Shown: piece after piece, positions 55,769 to 64,000 of the stretch
How the letters are laid out: every line of letters starts with the position of its first letter
How positions within the stretch are numbered: position 1 is the stretch's first letter
Assembly: GCF_009914755.1 (NCBI RefSeq)
Contig: NC_060936.1
Reading direction: 5' to 3' (one strand)
Length of the DNA: 64,000 bases
DNA from: the human T2T-CHM13v2.0 reference genome, Homo sapiens
The notes under the pieces: model-generated
Told to the model about the DNA's origin: nothing
The model's database searches: none
The model's input: only the letters and a program-made list of their open reading frames with translations
Translations under genes and position numbers: made by a program

Positions 55769-55910
55769 TTTTTATCGTCAATTTCTTATAGTTGCCTTAT
55801 TTCTCAAGTGGAATAGGTTATATGCTCAGGGAATGTTTATTATTGGAACAATTTAACCTACCAGCTTGTTATTTTGTTCACTTTCCTGTAGAAAGGCTAA
55901 CCCTATTTTT
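55769..55910 (+). repeat. 142-bp dispersed direct repeat, copy 2
   Basis: About 90% identical to 49317-49459. Confidence 0.85.
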
Positions 55911-56043
55911 AATGTCTCCTGGTTGTGTTTTCTTCATTCATAATATTAAAGTAATAATACCCATCTCAAATAATTATTATTCATTTACTCACTCATTAAA
56001 AATGTGTTGATCATCTATTGTACATAAGATTCTGTGCTAGGCA

Positions 56044-59000
56044 AGATGATGGAGTCACGACCTATCAGTATGCTGTCTTCAAGAGATCCACCTCATGTGT
56101 AAAGACACACATAGGCTAAAAATAAAGGAATGGTGGAAAATTTACCAAGCAAATAGGAAACAAAAAAAAGAATAGGTCATAATCCTAGTTTCTAATAAAG
56201 CAAACTTTAAACCAACAAAGATGAAAAAAGACAAAGAAGGGCATTACATAATGGTAAAGGGTTCAACTCAACAAGAAGAGCTAACTACCTAAATATATAT
56301 ACAACCAATACAGGAGCACCCAGCTTCATAAAGCAAGTTCTTAGATAATTACAAAGAGACTTAGGCGCCCACACAATAATAGTGGGAGACTTTAACACTC
56401 CACTGACAATATTAAACAGATCATCAAGACAGAAAATTAACAAAGATATTCAGGACCTGAACTCAGCTCTGGATCAAGTGGGCCTGATAGATATCTACAG
56501 AACTCTCTGTCAAAAAAAAAAAAAAACCCAAAATATATATTCTTCTCATCACCACATTGCACTTACTCTAAAATTGATCACATAATTGGAAGTAAAACAC
56601 TCCTCAACAAATGCAAAAGAACTGAAATAATAACAAAGAGTCTCTCAGACCACAGTGCAATCAAATTAGAACTCAAGATTAAAAACTCACTCAAAACCAC
56701 ACAATGACATGCAAATGGAATAACCTGCTCCTGAATGACTCCTGGGTAAATAATGAAATTAAGGTAGAAATCAAGAAGCTCTTTGAAACTAATAAGAACA
56801 AACAGACAACATAACAGAATCTCTGGGATGCAGCTGAAGCAGTGTGAAGAGGGAAATTTGTAACACTAAACACCCGCATCAAAAAGCTAGAAAGATCTCA
56901 AATCAGCAAACTAATATCACAAGTAAAGGAACAAGAGAACCAAGAGCAAACAAACCCCAAAGCTAGCAGAAGCCAAGAAATAACCAAAATCAGAGAAGAA
57001 CTGAAGGAGGTGGAGACACAAAAACCCTTCAAAAAATAAATGAATCCACCATTGACCCCACAGAAATGCAAACAACCATTAGAGAATACTATAAACTCCT
57101 CTATGCACATAAACTAGAAAATCAAGAAGAAATGGATAAGTTCCTGGACTCATACACCCTCCCAAGACTGAACCAGGAAGAAGTTGAGTCTCTGAATAGA
57201 CCAATAATGATTTCAGAAACTGAGGCATTAATAAATAGCCTACCAACCAAAATTCCAGGACTAGACAAATTTACAGATGAATGTTACCAGAGGTACAAAG
57301 AAGAGCTGATACCACTTCTAATGAAACTATTCTAAAAGATTGAAAAGGAGGGGCTCCTCCCTAACTCGTTTTATAAGGCCAGCATCATCCTGATACCAAA
57401 ACCTGGCAAAGATACAACAAAAAAAGAAAACTTCAGGCCAACATCCGTGATGAACATCGAAGCAAAAATCCTCCATAAAATGCTGGCAAACCAAATCCAG
57501 CAGCACATCAAAAAACTTATCCACCACAATTATGTTGGCTTCATCCCTGAGATGCAAGGTTGGTTCAATGTATGCAAATCAAGAAATGCAATTCATCACA
57601 TAAACAGAGCTAAAGACAAACCCACATGATTATCTCAATAGACTCAGAAAAAGCCTAGAATAAAATTCAACATCCCGTTGTGTTAAAACTCTCAATGAAC
57701 TAGGTATTGAAGGAACACACCTCAAAATAATAAGAGCCCTTTATGACAAACCCACAGCCAATATCATACTGAATGGGCAAAAGCTGGAAGCATTCCCCTG
57801 GAAAACCTGCACAAGACCAGGATGCCCTCTCTCACCACTCTTATTCAACACAGAATTGGAAGTTCTGAGTAGGGCAATCAGGCAAACAAAATAAATAAAG
57901 GGTATTCAAATAGGAAGAGAGGAAGTCATATTATCTTTGTTGACAGATGACATGATCCTATATCTGGAAAACCCCATCATCTCAGCCCAAAAGCTTCTTA
58001 AGTTGATAAGCAACTTTAGCAAAGTCTCAGGATACAAATTCAAGGTGCAAAAATCACTAGCATTCCTATACACCAACAACAGACAAGCAGAGCCAAATCA
58101 TGAAAGAACTCCCATTCACAATTGCTACAAAGAGAATAAAATACCTGAGAATACAGCTAACAAGGGAAGTGAAGAACTTCTTCAAGGAAAACTGCAAACC
58201 ACTGTTCAAGAATTCATGAAGGACACAAACAAATGGAAAAACATCTCATGCTCACGAATAGGAAGAATCAATATTGTGAAACTGGCCATATTGCCCAAAG
58301 AAATTTATAGATTCAATGCTATTCCCATTAAACTACCATTGACAGCTTTCACAGAATTAGAAAAAACTATTTTAAAAATCATGTGGAACCAAAAGAGAGC
58401 CCAAATAGCTAAGACAATCCTAAGCAAAAAGAACATAGCTGGAGACATCATGCTACCTGACTTCAAACTTTACTACAAGGCTACAGTAACCAGAACAGCA
58501 TGGTACTGGCGCAAGAACAGACACGTAGACCAATGCAACAGAATAGAGAACTCAGAAATAACACTACACATCTACAACCATCTCATCTTCAACAAACCTG
58601 ACAAAAACAAGCAACGGGGAAAGGATTCCCTATTTAATAAATGATTCTGGGAGTGCTGGCTAGCCATATGCAGAAAATTGAAACTTGGACCCCTTTCTTA
58701 CACCTTATACAAAAATTAACTCAAGATGGATTAAAGATGTAAATGTAAAACTTGAAACTATAAAAACCCTAGAAGAAAATCTAGGCAATACCATTTAGGG
58801 CATAGGCATGGGCAAAGATTTTGTGACAAAATCTCCAAAAGCAATTGCAACAACAACAAAAAATTGACACTTGGGACTTCATTAAACTAAAGGGCTTCTG
58901 CACAGAGTATCAGAGTGAATAGTCAACCTACAGAATGAGAGAAAATATTTGCAATCTATTCATTTGACAAAGATCAAACATCCAGTGTCTACAAGGAACT

Positions 59001-59870
59001 TAAACAAATTTACAAGAACAAAACAAACAACCCCCTTAAAAAGTGGGCAAAGGACATGAGCAGACACTTCTCAAAAGAAGATATTCATTCAGCCAACAAA
59101 CTGATGAAAAAAAGCTCAATTTTACTGATCATTAGAGAAATGCAAATCAAAACCACAATGAGATACCATCTCACACCAGTCAGAATGGTGGTTATTAAAA
59201 AGGCAAGAAACAACAGATGCTGGCGAGGTTGGGGAGAAAAAGCACACTTTTACAAAGTTGGTGGGAGTGCAAATTAGTTCAACCATTGTGGAAAACAGTG
59301 TGGCGATTCCTCAAAGATCTAGAAGCAGAAATACCATTTGATCCAGCAATCTCATTACTGGGTATATACCCAAAGGAATAGAAATCATTCTATTATAAAT
59401 GTTCATTGCAGCACTATTCACAATAGCAAGGACATGGAATCAACCTAAATGCCCATCAGTGATAGACTGGATAAAGAAAATGAGGTACATATACACCATG
59501 GAATACTATGCAGCCATAAAAAATGAGATCATGTTCTTTGCAGGGACATGGATGGAGCTGGCAGCCATTATCCTCAGCAAACTAACGCTGGAACGGAAAA
59601 TCAAACACTGAATGTTCTCACTTATAAGTGGGAGCTGAATGCTAAAAACACATGAACACATGGTGGGGAACAACACACACTGGGGCCTGTTGGGGTGGGG
59701 GCAGGGGGAGAGAGAGCATCAGGAAGAATAGCTAAAGGATGCTGGGCTTAATACCTAGGTGATGGGTTGATCTGTGCAGCAAACCACCATGGCAAATGTT
59801 TACCTATGTAACAAACCTGTACATCTGGCACATGTACCCCAGAACTTAAAATAAAAGTTAAAAAAAAAAA
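56044..59870 (+). mobile_element. 5'-truncated L1PA (about PA8-11), antisense in A2MP1 intron 15
   Basis: Degenerate ORF2 from EN to C-terminus, 3' UTR, poly(A); 18-bp TSD AAGATTCTGTGC(T/C)AGGCA (56026-56043 / 59871-59888). Confidence 0.93.
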
Positions 59871-60121
59871 AAGATTCTGTGCCAGGCATGGCACAGATTG
59901 TCTTGGTAAGCAAGATTGCTCCCTTAAGGAGAATATAACAGAGAATACAATGAGTTAAAATATGTAAAGTACTTTATGCAGTTTCTGCTTGTTGTGGAAT
60001 TACACTATGCCTGTTACTCTGAAGAACTTGTTTTTTGCAAACATTTTTGGAACTTTTAACTTCCAAAAATGATCTTATCACGTGAGCATTTCATGATCTC
60101 CAAGGTTGGAACGTGACTCAC

Positions 60122-60271
60122 AGATTTAGGTGACAGCTCAGCTTCAGGCTTCATTAGCAGCACACTCTGGTCTACAGCACGGAGGGCACAAAGGGAGAGG
60201 GGGGTGGCTCTCACCTTCAGGCGGGTGTTTGAGGCTGGCAGGCTCTGAGCTGAGGAGAATCTCAAATTTAC
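60122..60271 (-). pseudogene. A2MP1: A2MP1 exon 15-like
   Basis: [14 protein letters not shown]...[20 protein letters not shown]; 150 nt; open. Confidence 0.92.
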
Positions 60272-63160
60272 CTGTAAAGAGGATATGATTAAAGCAGCCA
60301 TTTTATAATTATTACAGTAACCGGCCCTTCTTCTACTCCAGGCTAAGAGTAGCCTTTTCTATACTTCCTTTCTCTTTATTCATCTTACAGCAGGATTAAG
60401 AGATGAACAGCCTAGGAACTACCAATTCAGTGTCTCTGGAACAACCTGGAAATTTGATTCCAGTTAACTCAGGTTTTCCATTCCTTATATAAATGATGAA
60501 ATATAAATTGACTTAATCATATAGAAATAAAATGCTGCATAGAATTGAAAACACACGTACAAGAAAGATGCATACCTTGCTATCACTGACCTATCTCTGT
60601 GCAGTGTTTATGTGAAGACTGTGTGCAGTTTGCACGGTGATGTGAAAATCACATTCCACCCCTGAGACCAGCCAACAGAAGTCTCCTCCAGTTGGCAGTC
60701 TCAGTCACCTGAAATTCTAAAGCAGTGTGGAACTGTTCATCATGATTGGAGATTTACTGGTCCATTTAAAAAAAATAAATATCTAATATACAGCCTAAGA
60801 GTTCATTGGTTCAGACAATTTAAAAAATGGTGAATAAAGAACAACAGGAAATTGTGCAGAATCTTCCCAAAGATTTGCTTCTACTTTGGCCAAAAAAATT
60901 AATTGGCAAGATAATCTATTAGTTCCTTCTGTTGATACCGACATTTCTTGAGTAGTATCTGAGTTATATAGTAGTAGCATCAGGTAACTTCCTTGATTCT
61001 TGGACTGAAAACTGATTTTTATTGGAATGAAATATCAGTATGTTTAGCTAAATAACATCTGACTTAGGTTGCTAAATTTCACTATGACAATCCAGCTTTA
61101 TGGTCTACTGAATTTAATATAGCAGTTTGGAATCACTTATCATAAGACATATATGAAAAAAATCAATAATTATTTATCTTCAAGATGCAATAGTATTCAT
61201 CTTTCTAACTCAATATACTATGAAAACATTGCTTATGGAGAATCTCTTTAAAATATATTTGCTTTTATTTTTAGAAAATTTAAGTTCATTAAAATATGTT
61301 AGTTACTGTCCATGTCAAAAGAACAGGTAATTTGGGATTATAATAAACTAAAAACACTATTAGCAAGAAGTGGACATGTTAGAAAATAGAAAATGTTTTA
61401 CTGATATGAAAACCAAAACATAACTTTAAGGCATATTTCAAAGGAGTCTGTACCTCATATATTATATTAATTACTACCAATGTTATTCTTAATGAATAAT
61501 TATATCTGGTTGAGTATAACAAATGATTCCAACTATTACATAATTTTTAATGTGTATGCCAAATCTGTTGTAAGTGAAGAAATAAGTATATGAAGTTTGA
61601 ATAGAAAACTATTTTTCTCTGTCTCAGCAAAGATTGAAAAAAATTTAAATGTATCGTTTTGCAGGGATGCATGTCTGACTTGGGGTCTTTCCTCACATCC
61701 TCAGTGCACTATTTATTTGCTCATCATCCCACCAAGATGTCTAACTTTTAGGGTGCTTAATTTGTAATTTTAATAGATCTACTGTTTTTCTAATTTTTGT
61801 GGTAGTCAACTTTCTTCTGAATCTTCTTATGAATCTTTGTTCATATTATTTTTTACAGCTGATCTTCAATTCTGATCAATGATGATTTTAAAGGTATTTA
61901 ACGTGAAGTGATTGAATATAATGTCCGTGGGCTTTTACTTCTATGGTGAAGTTTTATACTGTTGCACAGGGACTGTCATATGTTTTGCAAAATCAGAATT
62001 GTTTTTCAGACTGGATTCCAGGGAGAAAATTACTTTTCTGCCAATTCTGTTTTATAATGCTTCTCTCATTTCTAGGGTGTGAAGAGGATACTGACCCACC
62101 AGAAAGAGACCCCACTGCTAGAACGAATAAGATGTGCTGAAAGCCGGAGCATAACTTGGCCATTCCCAAGATTTAACAACAAACTAACTACCCATCATTA
62201 ACAGTAAAGGTATTGAAGCATGAAGGAGTCTCTTCTCAGTGGGTATGAAACACACAGAAGTCCAAACAGAACAGACACTAAGCTTCTTGGACACACCATC
62301 CAGGTTTAATAGCACTCTTTAGTAAGGTGGAATTAAAGGTTTACATCAGAATACACTGTGTATTTTTCTTATTTCACTGTATATTTAAAACAAGACAACC
62401 TAAATATAGATCTCAGGGCAGAAATGTTCACTTGCTATAAACACATTTTGTTTTAATCTCCACAAAGCCCATGTTAAAAAAAAAATCCTTCCAGGTGTAT
62501 TTGAAAACAGGCATCTGAAGTAGGCGGCTCTTATCTGATCGCTAATGTTATGATTATGCTGCTAGAGTAGTGAAAATCAGATAAACAGCACCAAGTTCTG
62601 TTGGAATAAAGCATACTTATATCTCAGTGAGCTTCACATGGCAGCTTTGTATTCCTTAAATAAAAAATATGCCATCTGAACCTATGTTAAATTTTTGTGC
62701 TATCATTATTTTTAAAGTGTCCAGGCTGTTTCTCATCTGTTCTGTATTATTAAGCTGAGTTTAAACTCATGACAACCTACTGCTGTCTGTAGTGGTACAT
62801 GGAAGTGTGCCAGTGTATGATGGGGTAAAATTGGCACAGCCTTGTGAGGCATCATTTTTAATCAAAATATTAGTAACAAAACATTTTAAAATTAAAACTA
62901 TTAAAGGCTTATAGGTGACTTGATTTTGAAATTCATATGAATTTTATAACAAAACAAGAGACTTTTAAAAAACTGTGTTTGTGGTTGCCTGTTTTGGAAG
63001 TCAGCACTAGACCTCTCAGTATGACATCACCCCCTGCCTTTAGAAGTAGCTGGGAGGAATGTTTTAGGAGCACTGTATGCCTAATTTCCTAATTTCCTTC
63101 TTTTCCACACATCACAATGGGAGAAGAATAAAAGGACTAGTCTTAAACAAAACAACCCAC

Positions 63161-63303
63161 CTTGTTGGCAAAACAGTTTTCAATCTCAAGCTTGTCAGTG
63201 TCTGCAACAATTTCTCCATTAGGTAAAACAGTGTAAACAAGCAGATGAGCACTAGGAGCAGAGTCTGATTCCACTCGAAAGGAGAAGGAAAACACCCCTT
63301 TCA
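63161..63303 (-). pseudogene. A2MP1: A2MP1 exon 14-like
   Basis: VKGVFSFSFRVESDSAPSAHLLVY...ENCFANK; 143 nt; GT-AG; open. Confidence 0.9.
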
Positions 63304-64000
63304 CTGGAGAATTTAAAAAGAAGAACAAGTTCAGAATAACACATTAGCAACAGAATTATCAATTTGATTTTTTAAAAAGGCATTTCCAACTATAGACTTT
63401 ATTTACATTTGGATCACACTGAAGTAAGAAAAGACTTTATACCACTGTGCAGGTAGTAGTGTTCAATAAATATATGCTGAGCTAATGACATTTTCCCTTA
63501 AAGATATAGGTTTAATTGTTCATTTCCTCTGTTTAAGTAGGAAAAAGACATTTAATGCTTGTCTCTATTTCTAAATTGAAAAATATTATTGAGAAAGGAG
63601 TCAAGAGAGAAGAAAGAGAACTTCTAGACATGTTTGGTTATAATTCTTGTGTGTGTAAGGGCAATATAAACAATGCAACAGTCTTTTCCTTCAGGCCATT
63701 TATAATACAGCAGGGATACAGATACAAATCACATAAAAAGCCTTGTGAGCCTTTGATTTTTATAATAGAATTCTGTGTGTTCATCTCAGTGGTTGTCCTC
63801 TGTGTGAACTACATAGAGCTTATGTAACATTCCACTTGATTATTTTCATAAATGTTCTAAGTTTGATCTTTGTAGCATAAAATTATTCTTTAAAAATTGT
63901 ACCCTTCCTGTATCTATAAAAGATTTGAGGGCAGCTTTCATGAAAATACAGAGAAACAGCAGAGTCAAAATAATTTGAAACAGTAAGACGAAAGCCAAAT

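Noticed and set aside
57937-58644. Longest ORF (235 aa), reverse-transcriptase-like
   Set aside because: A fragment of a degenerate, 5'-truncated L1 ORF2 with frameshifts and stops on both sides; not an active element or a new gene.

Overview
Primate, almost certainly human, genomic DNA from the alpha-2-macroglobulin cluster (recognised as 12p13.31). There are three gene-derived units, all on the minus strand. (1) The 5' half of PZP: exons 1-11 (14535->308), all GT-AG and in frame, running off the left edge. (2) The 3' two-thirds of the unprocessed A2M-family pseudogene A2MP1: 23 exons homologous to A2M exons 14-36 (63303->~35066), with its own bait region, an intact CGEQ thioester and only six disabling lesions that I could find. 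(3) A full-length processed prothymosin-alpha retrocopy (PTMAP4) with TSDs, an open stop-loss ORF and the miR-1244 hairpin, inserted in A2MP1 intron 22. The rest is Alu, L1, L2 and LTR repeats. Notable unannotated structure: a 692-bp PATRR-like AT-rich palindrome in PZP intron 7, an L1 deletion junction whose filler appears copied from a site ~31 kb away, a three-level retroelement nest, a duplicated 5' splice site in PZP, and a 142-bp dispersed duplication beside the bait exon. Exon numbers are assigned by homology to the 36-exon A2M structure. Repeat subfamily names come from recall of consensus sequences, not from a search.
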